Positions 1 to 7,811 of a stretch of DNA of 24,000 nucleotides are shown here, in pieces. The translations under genes and the position numbers were made by a program. How positions within the stretch are numbered: the stretch's first letter is position 1; the number at the start of each line of letters is the position of its first letter. The notes under the pieces were generated by a model. It was not told where the DNA came from. It saw only the letters and a program-made list of their open reading frames with translations, and searched no databases. The DNA comes from Escherichia coli (GTDB taxonomy: Bacteria; Pseudomonadota; Gammaproteobacteria; Enterobacterales; Enterobacteriaceae), in assembly GCF_029224125.1 (NCBI RefSeq), contig NZ_CP098235.1; one strand, 5' to 3'.

Positions 1-2
1 GC

Positions 3-542
3 AGATCTGCAAATCCATCACCGCGTCAGCAGACTGTGGAGATCATTAAGCTCATCTATCTTCGTCGCTACTTTGAAATCGTTGACGAACGTGGTGATGC
101 TTATCAGCTTCTATCCAATCTATTCCATCGACGCGTCGTCCCGCTGGATTATCGCGAGCCTGCCGCTGCGGGCTCGGGCTATCCCAAAATGGCTCCTGAG
201 AAAATTCAGCAGGCCTTGCGGGATATCCGGGAGTATGTGGACAGTTTTGATTACCCGCGACTTCAGGCTCTCGTCAGCAGCCCAGATGAAATAAAAAACC
301 TGTACCGTCGCTGTCGTAACGGCTATGAAAAACTGCAGGTATTCCGTTTACTGGAACTGGATCAGGACCATCCGGTAATACGAAAATTCGTTAACGAAAC
401 GTACCACATTGAAAATGAGTTCATCTGTCAACTAGATCCGTCCAGATTCGATCTCATCCCGGAGTACGTGATTATGGAATGTGACAAGCTCATCGCCCTG
501 CCACCGGCAGCAAACCAGAGCTCGGTTGCCCGTATCGCTTGA
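3..542 (+). CDS. C-terminal part of an unidentified protein; the frame stays open to the left window edge, so it is probably a truncated larger CDS
   Basis: ORF 36..542; its first codon is a GTG without a convincing RBS, and the same frame has no stop upstream to position 3. Stop at 540-542. Confidence 0.5.
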   Translation, partial: RSANPSPRQQTVEIIKLIYLRRYFEIVDERGDAYQLLSNLFHRRVVPLDYREPAAAGSGYPKMAPEKIQQALRDIREYVDSFDYPRLQALVSSPDEIKNLYRRCRNGYEKLQVFRLLELDQDHPVIRKFVNETYHIENEFICQLDPSRFDLIPEYVIMECDKLIALPPAANQSSVARIA

Positions 543-642
543 GCCACTGTTTTTGCCGCCGGAAGATAGGCTTTAGCTCCCTGATAGTCTGATCTTCGAA
601 GATACCCTACAGTTTAGGACCGCTTACTGTAGATATCTGTTA

Positions 643-667
643 AAACAGCCCGTATACGGGCTGTTTC
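643..667. terminator. Candidate intrinsic terminator
   Basis: Perfect inverted repeat AAACAGCCCGTA/TACGGGCTGTTT (643-666) followed by a T-rich run, between the partial + strand ORF and the convergent vapC remnant. Confidence 0.7.
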
Positions 668-703
668 TTGGTGCCCTTATCTCCTGACTTTGAAAAGAGT
701 GTC

Positions 704-1113
704 TTACTTCACCCAGTCTTCCAGCACCAGGTCAGGCACTCGCTCAAATTCTCTTGTATTATTCGTTACCAGTATCGCCCCGGCGGCGATGGCGTGCCCG
801 GCAATCGCCGTGTCGTTCGGGCCGATCGGCGTCCCGGCCAGCCGCAGTGCCACTTTAATCTTCGTGGTGGCGTCTACTGCGCGCAGGGCAGGATGGCATC
901 GAGGCGGGCGCAGAATTCATCGACCAGTTGGACGTGACGTGGTGAGGCCTTTGGGCCGGTAGCCCCGAAGCGCATTTCAGAGTAGGTGATGGCCGAGACC
1001 ACTATACGGTGGCCGCGTAGCACCGCCTGCTCCAGACGCTTCAGGACGGCTTCTGGCTGTTCACGCATGATGAACGAGCAGATACAGGTATCAAGCATAT
1101 AAGTCTTGTTCAC
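704..1113 (-). pseudogene. vagD: VapC/VagD-type PIN-domain toxin, frameshifted
   Basis: N-terminal ORF 874..1113 (MNKTYMLDTCICSFIMREQP...VSAITYSEMRFG...) stops after DAILPCAQ. A different frame then continues VDATTKIKVALRLAGTPIGPNDTAIAGHAIAAGAILVTNNTREFERVPDLVLEDWVK down to 704, the typical PIN-domain C-terminus. Confidence 0.85.
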
Positions 1114-1340
1114 AGGTTAAATCGCCCTTCGTCGCTGACAACATCCTCGCGCTCCGCCATAAAATCTGGATCGGCTTTTTCGTACTCTAGGAATGATCCC
1201 CAGGTTGGCCGGACGGGGCGCAGGATGATGCTGTCCCCTTCCCGGACGATCTCGAGCTCGCTCACCCCCTCAAAATCCAGATCACGAGGCAGACGGATGG
1301 CGCGGTTGTTGCCATTTTTGAATATCGATACGGTTCTCAT
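1110..1340 (-). CDS. vagC: VapB/VagC-type AbrB-fold antitoxin
   Basis: 76 aa MRTVSIFKNGNNRAIRLPRDLDFEGVSELEIVREGDSIILRPVRPTW...; SpoVT/AbrB-type motif; overlaps the toxin start by 4 nt (ATGA). Confidence 0.85.
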   Translation of the reverse strand: MRTVSIFKNGNNRAIRLPRDLDFEGVSELEIVREGDSIILRPVRPTWGSFLEYEKADPDFMAEREDVVSDEGRFNL

Positions 1341-1356
1341 GTTTTTTCTCTCCCGA

Positions 1357-1486
1357 GCATATGGATATGTGAAACATATCCGGAATATTCAAAGCACCGG
1401 GTGTGTGCATATGTTTAGTATAGGCAGATGTGTGGCATATGTATAGCGGTAGCATATGTAGATGCCAGGCATATGTTTAGCATATC
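1357..1486. repeat. Array of GCATATG motifs upstream of vagC (putative operator or iteron cluster)
   Basis: GCATATG at 1357, 1407, 1435, 1452 and 1469, plus GCATATC at 1480; the 1435/1452/1469 copies are phased at exactly 17 bp. Confidence 0.6.
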
Positions 1487-1635
1487 TCTATTTCTTTCTT
1501 TTTTATCGGAGATCCGAAAAAAGGTTAAGTCTGATCTTAATGAAATTACATGGAATTTGAGTGATATCCCTTACCCCACATCTCCAACGTGCTATCTATA
1601 AAGGTTGATACATCTCACTTAGTCCGGAGGTTGTT

Positions 1636-1926
1636 ATGAGCGTCAAAATCACAGGTTTAGACAAAATGCAGAAACAGCTAAAAGAGGTTGAGAGAGCAAC
1701 AGAGGCATTAAACGGAAGTTATGATGTCCACTTCGATGCTAACGATCCTGTCAGCATTGAGAACGCGATTCAGGAAGCCTATTCCATGGTGTACGAACGC
1801 GCTTCTGGTTATGCCACTAATCCGATGGTCAGCCCATTAATCGAACACATGAAAGAAAATCTGCGCCAACAGATTCTGGACAGAGCAGAACAACAAAGAC
1901 AGGAGAGCGGGCAGGATGGCAATTGA
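1636..1926 (+). CDS. Small protein resembling HK97-gp10-type phage proteins at its N-terminus; function unknown
   Basis: 96 aa MSVKITGLDKMQKQLKEVERATEAL...; upstream GGAGG RBS-like sequence; overlaps the next ORF by 11 nt. Confidence 0.7.
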   Translation: MSVKITGLDKMQKQLKEVERATEALNGSYDVHFDANDPVSIENAIQEAYSMVYERASGYATNPMVSPLIEHMKENLRQQILDRAEQQRQESGQDGN

Positions 1927-2815
1927 TATCTTTCAGTCACTTAAAAATTGCGTATTCGACCTTCAGCGCGCTGACGTTCAGAACTATCAGCAACCTCTTA
2001 AGCAATTGGCCCGGCTCTTGAACTCAGAGAATCTGCAGTCAGTTAATGCACATCTGACCCGCAATGTTGAACTTGATACCTTTCTGGCCAGGAGTGAAGA
2101 TACTGAATCCAGCATGGCTGGTTCCGCTGTTCTACAGTGGCCTGATGAGCCCGCTGATATTTTGGGCCTGAAGTTGCTGCTGATCGAGAAAATGGCAGAC
2201 GATAACAATTTTTCCTTTAATTTCTGTCATACATTTTTCTATGATCGAAACATTATTGAATCCATTCGAAAATTCACGTCGTCATTAGTTGCCCCGTTCG
2301 TGCGCGATTACCAGTTGTATGTGGAAAACCAACACGATCCTGAGCCTGCAGTGTTTCGGCCGGTTTCCCGAAAAATTTTTATTGTTCATGGCCATGATAA
2401 TGATGCCCTTCAGTCTGTTGCCCGTTTTATATCCCGGATAGGTCTTGAGGAAATCATTCTTTCAGAACGTCCTGACGGCTCCAGGACGATTATCGAGAAA
2501 TTTGAAGCAGAGTCAGGGGATGTCAGTTTTGCCATCGTGCTGATGACGCCCGACGATAGCGGCAGTGCTCTGGCATCTGAAAGCACACGTCTCCGCGCAC
2601 GCCAGAATGTCCTGTATGAGCTCGGATATTTCGCCGGGAAGCTTGGACGCGGGAAAGTACTTGTACTCAGGAAGGGAGATATCGAAATCCCTTCAGATCT
2701 TGCCGGGGTTCTCTATACCGAGCTTGATGAGCATGGTGGATGGAAACGCAAACTGCTGAGTGAGCTTGCGTATGCCGGTGTTCCTTTTGACAAGGATAAA
2801 GCATTAAGCGCCTGA
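1916..2815 (+). CDS. Predicted nucleotide-binding protein with C-terminal TIR-like (PF10137, CAP12/Pycsar effector-type) domain
   Basis: 299 aa; C-terminal FIVHGHDNDALQSVARFISRIGLEEIILSERPDGSRTIIEKFE...VSFAIVLMTPDD...RARQNVLYELGYFAGKLGRGKVLVLRKGDIEIPSDLAGVLYTELDEHGGWKRKLLSEL matches the recalled consensus of this family. Confidence 0.85.
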   Translation: MAIDIFQSLKNCVFDLQRADVQNYQQPLKQLARLLNSENLQSVNAHLTRNVELDTFLARSEDTESSMAGSAVLQWPDEPADILGLKLLLIEKMADDNNFSFNFCHTFFYDRNIIESIRKFTSSLVAPFVRDYQLYVENQHDPEPAVFRPVSRKIFIVHGHDNDALQSVARFISRIGLEEIILSERPDGSRTIIEKFEAESGDVSFAIVLMTPDDSGSALASESTRLRARQNVLYELGYFAGKLGRGKVLVLRKGDIEIPSDLAGVLYTELDEHGGWKRKLLSELAYAGVPFDKDKALSA

Positions 2816-2836
2816 TCTCCTTCATTTAGTAAGAAA

Positions 2837-2861
2837 AAGGCCGCTAAGCGGCCTTAATTTT
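2837..2861. terminator. Bidirectional intrinsic terminator
   Basis: AAGGCCGC TAA GCGGCCTT with upstream A5 and downstream AATTTTT, between the convergent TIR-like gene and pifA. Confidence 0.85.
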
Positions 2862-2864
2862 TGG

Positions 2865-5093
2865 TCAGTCGTCATTTTCCAGCGCTGTTTTGAGCGCTTC
2901 CTGCTCCGGAGTCAGCTCGTTGCCGGACAGCATAACCTTCAACTTCTCTTCGACTGCTGGCCAGTCATCAAAGAACGGACTGACCTGGTCACGCGCAATC
3001 CGGCGATATGCCCCTCGGTGGGAGCTGAAGACACTGGTCTGTAATCGTATCAACAGGTTAACAAGGCCTTCATCAGTGGTAGTAACTTCTCTGACCCATT
3101 GCTTCACGGTTTCACCTGAACTCATGTCTCTCCAGGCGTAGAGATACCCGAGAGAGACTTTGCGCAGGAGAAGCTGTTGCTGAAGTTCTGGTTGATCATA
3201 CGTTCCGCAAAACCTGTCACGCAACCGTTCCGTAATATCGCGACTGAAAAGAGCGTCTGAAGGCGAAGGTACTGCATTCTGAGCAAGTCCATGTTCCCAG
3301 ATAAGATCCCCCGCATAAAATCGGCTATCCAGAACGGCGAAGCACCCGTAACGATCAGTTTTTCCATAAGCGTGATCGTTCTGGTCTCATCAATATCCTG
3401 CTATATGCTTCAGCAGATGCCGTACAACCTCATTAATGGCCATTTCACGCAGGGAAACCATGGGTTACGGATACTGAAGCGAGTGCTCACCTCATCGGTG
3501 TGATCGAAGAAAAAATGAACCAGTCCTGCGCACTCTTCGAAATTACGTTCTCTTTATCAGGCCTGGAGTCAGTCTGCTCAGTATATGTTCAAACCAGGTT
3601 CCGGACAGACTGCCCACACTGTTGATTTTTGAGAGCAGCAATTCAGAAAGCTGCTGCTGTTTTTCCGATACGCCAGCCTGTTCAAAAAGCTGTCTGAAGA
3701 ATTCAGGTGGCAGAACATTCTGTGGTGAGGAGAAGGCAAAATAATATCGCCAGTGCGTCAGGCTGCTGAGTCGTTTACCGGTCGTCTGGATATGACGAAA
3801 ATCCTCACTGACGGGCTCAAAAAGATTCAGATATTCATCATTATGTCCACTGATACCTGGGATCCAGTCTGCAAGTGTCAGAAACGAGTCTGCATTTGAT
3901 GCCCTGAACGTCTTCATACATCTGATAAGCCCCTCCCGGAAGTCTGCTTTCTCTCCGTCAGAAAGCATACCCTGACCGGTTTCAATCACGGACCGTTCTG
4001 TCAGGTAATGCTCTGTCCAGTCATACAGAGCCGGGTTTGTCACCCGTATAAGCTGAAGCAGGCACAAATCAGGGAAATAAACAAAATCCCGCATCCCCGG
4101 ATAAAGAAAAATCAGGGAATTAATGGCCTGATGGATTTCCCGTGGCGTCGAAAGTGCGGCACCATAGGTATCAGTCACCGCGATGAGATCCCTTACCATT
4201 CCAGAGTCTGGCGGTTGATTATTAATTTGCTGATATAGAGCCTCAGCCCGCTGGCGAAATTCATTACGTAAATCAAAGGCTTCAGGTCGGGGTAATTTAA
4301 AACTAAGCTGAATGATTTTCTGGAGATAACGGCTGCCATCTTCGATATTCAGCGCATGTTCAACGGCATGAGTGATAATCTGCCTGTCATAACAGAGAAT
4401 ATGGGTAAAGCGGGGCAGATCGGCTACTGCACGCACAAGCCTGAACACTTCCGCCACCTGGGATGGCTCCAGTCGGTCCAGATCATCCATGACAACAATG
4501 AACTTCAGATCCAGACTCACCAGTTGTCCTGCAATTTCAGCCCGAAGCTTTGTCGTGGTTTTCTGATCAACAGCCAGACGGCTGTCTGAAAATACCTTTA
4601 TTCCGCCTGCTATCCAGTTAATAATGCTGGAAAACTGTCCGATATATTGAACCAGTGGAAGGACGCGCGATGAAGTATCCTGAGCATACTCAATCACTTT
4701 TTGAGCTTCCGGTGACAACAGATATTTACGCCAGAGCTTTTTGAAGCCCTTCGGGGGATAGCGTATTTCCATTTCCTGCTGGATAACCGTGGCAACCGGA
4801 AGAAAGAGCGCTTCAACCGGACTGCCGCCACTCAGCCAGGGAGAAATATGCAGCACATGCGTGTGAGCATCTTTTTTCAGGGCAAGGTTTCTCAGGATCA
4901 GATTAAGGAGGCTTGTTTTACCCGATCCCCATGCACCTTCTATTCCGACAACATTTGAAGCCTCCAGAGGAAGAGTAAGGATGGAACGGGATATATTTTC
5001 TGCGATATTACCGAAACCGTATCGATCCTCAGGTACATCTTCAACTGCCGCATCAAGCCCTTTCTGGTTCCACAGCTGCCTCAGTATCTTCAT
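2865..5093 (-). pseudogene. pifA: PifA-type KAP-family P-loop NTPase (F plasmid phage T7 exclusion), multiply frameshifted
   Basis: 516-aa N-terminal ORF (3543..5093) has Walker A GIEGAWGSGKTSLL and Walker B FIVVMDDLDRL and lies directly downstream of pifC. Coding-like sequence continues in other frames, ending with the 119-aa ORF 2865..3224. Confidence 0.8.
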
Positions 5094-5094
5094 A

Positions 5095-6186
5095 TTACAG
5101 ATCTCCGTACAGGCAGCGCAGCCCGGTCAGGGCCTCCGCCAGCGGGCCTTCTTGACACCGCGTGGCGAGCTCCCGGACCAGCGTCTCAAAGGCCTCCGCC
5201 GGCATAAAAATCCGCAGGCCGTCTATCCCGAAGAAGCCCTCCGGCGTGACGTTTCCGGGCGGGGAGAACATCACTCGCTCCCCCTGGTGACCGTGCGTCA
5301 GGGCTTCCGGATGCCGGGCATACAGCGTGAACAGGCCCAGCAGTTCGGATAACGCTTCCCAGCCGTACGGCACCACGAAGTCCTGGCCGGTGATCAGCAG
5401 GTGCAGACGGGGTGTGGTGTACCAGGCCCCCGGGCGTTCTCCGGGGTGCTGGCCGTCAACGCGGATCTCCAGGCGCAGCGTGCCGGCCTCAATGGTTTCC
5501 GTGACGGCAGAAATAACCGGGCGCAGCTCCTGTGCCAGCGTTCTTGCCTGTTCTGTGTTCCAGTCCAGGCCGCGCAGCATCAACGGGAAAACAGCTTTCA
5601 GCCGCGGCAGGGTGAAGATTTCTGCCAGCACCGCGTCCGGCACCTCCGCCAGGCCAAAACAGTCGCTCTCGAGCGGACGCAGGAGGTGTTCGGCATACAT
5701 CTGATCCACCACGGGGCGCAGCGCTGCCCGGAAGGCTTCAAACTCTTCCGTCCAGTTTTTCCCGGCCAGGCGGAAAATCCCCTTCAGGTAGTGACCGTCC
5801 ACAGGGCGATCGTGCTCCACCTGCCAGGCCAGCAGGTTGCCAGTGATGTCCAGCAGCGTGTCCAGGGCCGGGAGTGTGGCCAGCCTATTATGCCCGCGCA
5901 GGAAGGCCTCCCTGACGTGAACCAGGACAAAGCGCAGTTCGTCGCGGGAGAGCGCTGACGTGCCGAAGGTCTGGCCCAGAATGATATGCCGGTACAGCTG
6001 CCGGACCGTGGCCTCCGGATCGGCAATGAGCTGAAAATACCCGTCACCGGGCGCGACCGTTTTCAGGCCGTCATCGAGGAAGCGTTCGGCTAGGGCGTTG
6101 ACCGAAGTATTTTCCCGACCGGCACGCGTTTTCAGCGCCTCGATAAGTTTTTTGTGAAAACGCAGGTTAAGCTGGCTTAGCATCAT
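5095..6186 (-). CDS. pifC: PifC repressor of the F-type pif operon
   Basis: 363 aa MMLSQLNLRFHKKLIEALKTRAGRENTSVNALAERFLDDGLK...; N-terminal ribbon-helix-helix-like segment; adjacent to pifA as in F. Confidence 0.85.
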   Translation of the reverse strand: MMLSQLNLRFHKKLIEALKTRAGRENTSVNALAERFLDDGLKTVAPGDGYFQLIADPEATVRQLYRHIILGQTFGTSALSRDELRFVLVHVREAFLRGHNRLATLPALDTLLDITGNLLAWQVEHDRPVDGHYLKGIFRLAGKNWTEEFEAFRAALRPVVDQMYAEHLLRPLESDCFGLAEVPDAVLAEIFTLPRLKAVFPLMLRGLDWNTEQARTLAQELRPVISAVTETIEAGTLRLEIRVDGQHPGERPGAWYTTPRLHLLITGQDFVVPYGWEALSELLGLFTLYARHPEALTHGHQGERVMFSPPGNVTPEGFFGIDGLRIFMPAEAFETLVRELATRCQEGPLAEALTGLRCLYGDL

Positions 6187-6213
6187 CGATCCTTTAATGT
6201 TTGTTTTGTTCTT

Positions 6214-6230
6214 AATGCTAACCTAGCATT
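6214..6230. promoter_or_regulatory. Candidate pifO operator
   Basis: Perfect inverted repeat AATGCTA-ACC-TAGCATT, 28 nt upstream of the pifC start. Confidence 0.6.
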
Positions 6231-6427
6231 TTATTATTAGCTATTAATCAGTTTTTTAGTTTTTGAAAATTGTGATGCTTCTAAAATTGAGGATTTTAAT
6301 GCTACAACAATGCCTGCCTCTTCTTATTTCTCCGGAGATCCGAAAACCCCAGGTTACGGATCTTCCTCTCCCCCCACACAACGCCACCTCCTGTCAGCAC
6401 AACATGTGGTATCTCATTCAGCTGCTC

Positions 6428-6449
6428 ATGACACTATATGTTGTGTCAT
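6428..6449. promoter_or_regulatory. Candidate ResD (rfsF-like) recombination core
   Basis: Inverted repeat ATGACAC-8 nt-GTGTCAT with tyrosine-recombinase-like arm and spacer geometry, located between pifC and resD, where rfsF lies in F. Confidence 0.35.
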
Positions 6450-6519
6450 CTCCCTGACCTGTGATGCGCCGCGCAGGGGCGGAAAACAGCGATATGATTA
6501 TTTTCTCAGCGTGGTACAC

Positions 6520-6548
6520 TTCCGGAAAGTTGTGATATTCCGGAAAGT
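6520..6548. repeat. Direct repeat of TTCCGGAAAGT (18-bp period)
   Basis: TTCCGGAAAGT at 6520-6530 and 6538-6548; each copy contains the palindrome TTCCGGAA. Confidence 0.7.
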
Positions 6549-6727
6549 CGGATCTGACGGAAACGGCTCTCCGGTAATTTAACTGCGTTTCTATATGGCT
6601 ACTTATTATTTCAGTATGTGAAATTCATTTTTTGTGAAAGTCACTGTTCTCAACAGAGTGGCACTCATCTGGCGATGATTGAGGTGTGGTAAAATTGCAC
6701 GGCTAACTATTCAACTGAGGAAAGGAC

Positions 6728-7078
6728 ATGTTTACTGCATTCAATGAGAGAAATGATTTCAGTTATGCTTTTGAAAAAATCCGTAATGCGATTTCCGCGC
6801 CAGGAGAAAATAATGTTTATGCTGCAACAGAATTAGGTCTTGGCATTCTGCTCCGTAAATACGAGCAGTTTCGCCGGGAGCTGGATGCGGCCGGTGAGCT
6901 GGGAAACTGGGAATATGATCTCGATACCTACAATCACTGTATTGCGGTGCTGCAACGTTACTTCACCGGCAATCCATCCGGGCTCACAGAACGTGATGCC
7001 CGGATTTACAGCCATTACCTGCAGACTGAGCACAAAGGCTTTGTGAAGCTGGCTGAAGAACTGGCTGCCGACCGCTGA
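6728..7078 (+). CDS. Hypothetical protein, 116 aa
   Basis: ATG start preceded by GAGGAAAGG RBS; first gene of an apparent operon ending in resD. Confidence 0.75.
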   Translation: MFTAFNERNDFSYAFEKIRNAISAPGENNVYAATELGLGILLRKYEQFRRELDAAGELGNWEYDLDTYNHCIAVLQRYFTGNPSGLTERDARIYSHYLQTEHKGFVKLAEELAADR

Positions 7079-7121
7079 ATACATACAGAAGGCGGGATTT
7101 CTCAACAATAAAGGAATAAAC

Positions 7122-7811
7122 ATGGCTGACTGGTTTATTGCGACCGAAGGCGTGAAGGTGGTGAAGGACAGCGCCAGTCTGGGGCCGCAGATAATTACAG
7201 CTGTATCGACCATCGCATCTGCTGTCGGAGCGGTGTTCCTTACTCACCACTTCACACTCAGACGTGAGGAGAGAACTGCAGCAGCGAAGCTGGCCAGCGA
7301 GCGTCTTTACATTAGTACAGAGCTGGTTTTTTTACTTGAGCGATTTGCGCAGCGTTGCGCTCCAGCAGCAACAGCAACTGTGGAGCACGATCAGGATGGC
7401 AGAGGAGAAGCTGAGTTCTTATTACCGGAAATCGATTATTCCCCGGTATCTGGTAACTGGCGCTCCCTTCCTTCTGGCCTGATGTATAGGCTCAGCGAAC
7501 TCTCTGTTCTCAGCTACGAAGCTGTCGTGTGTGTAGATAATGTGTTTGTTGAAGATACTCCTTATGGTGGAGCGGGTGAATATAGTTTGCATAAAAACGC
7601 AGCTATGTTGGGAGTAAAAGCACTGCGGTTATCACGAGAACTGAGAATGTTATGTGGCCTCCCTCTGCACGGCCTTTCCGATACACTATCGCCAACGAGG
7701 TTGGTATTGTTGAAAGCCAGAGGTAAAACACTCCAAAAGGAGTACGAAATGGTAAAGAAGTCTAAAAAGACCGAGCAAGAGATTGAGGATTTCATAAAGG
7801 GGACATCATGA
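7122..7811 (+). CDS. Hypothetical protein, 229 aa, with one predicted N-terminal hydrophobic helix
   Basis: Preceded by AAAGGA RBS; hydrophobic IITAVSTIASAVGAVFL near the N-terminus; stop overlaps the resD start by 4 nt (ATGA). Confidence 0.75.
   Translation: MADWFIATEGVKVVKDSASLGPQIITAVSTIASAVGAVFLTHHFTLRREERTAAAKLASERLYISTELVFLLERFAQRCAPAATATVEHDQDGRGEAEFLLPEIDYSPVSGNWRSLPSGLMYRLSELSVLSYEAVVCVDNVFVEDTPYGGAGEYSLHKNAAMLGVKALRLSRELRMLCGLPLHGLSDTLSPTRLVLLKARGKTLQKEYEMVKKSKKTEQEIEDFIKGTS

Noticed and set aside
1357-1486. GCATATG array considered as a CRISPR array
   Set aside because: The repeated unit is only 7 bp, spacers are 10-43 nt and irregular, and no cas genes are present.
3122-3367. 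81-aa minus-strand ORF between pifA fragments
   Set aside because: It overlaps the region where another minus-strand frame gives a better continuation into the 119-aa pifA C-terminal ORF; probably an out-of-frame shadow of decayed pifA.
4981-5352. + strand ORFs of 123, 125 and 185 aa opposite pifC
   Set aside because: Antisense to a well-supported pifC CDS in GC-rich DNA, with low-quality composition; treated as codon-bias shadows.
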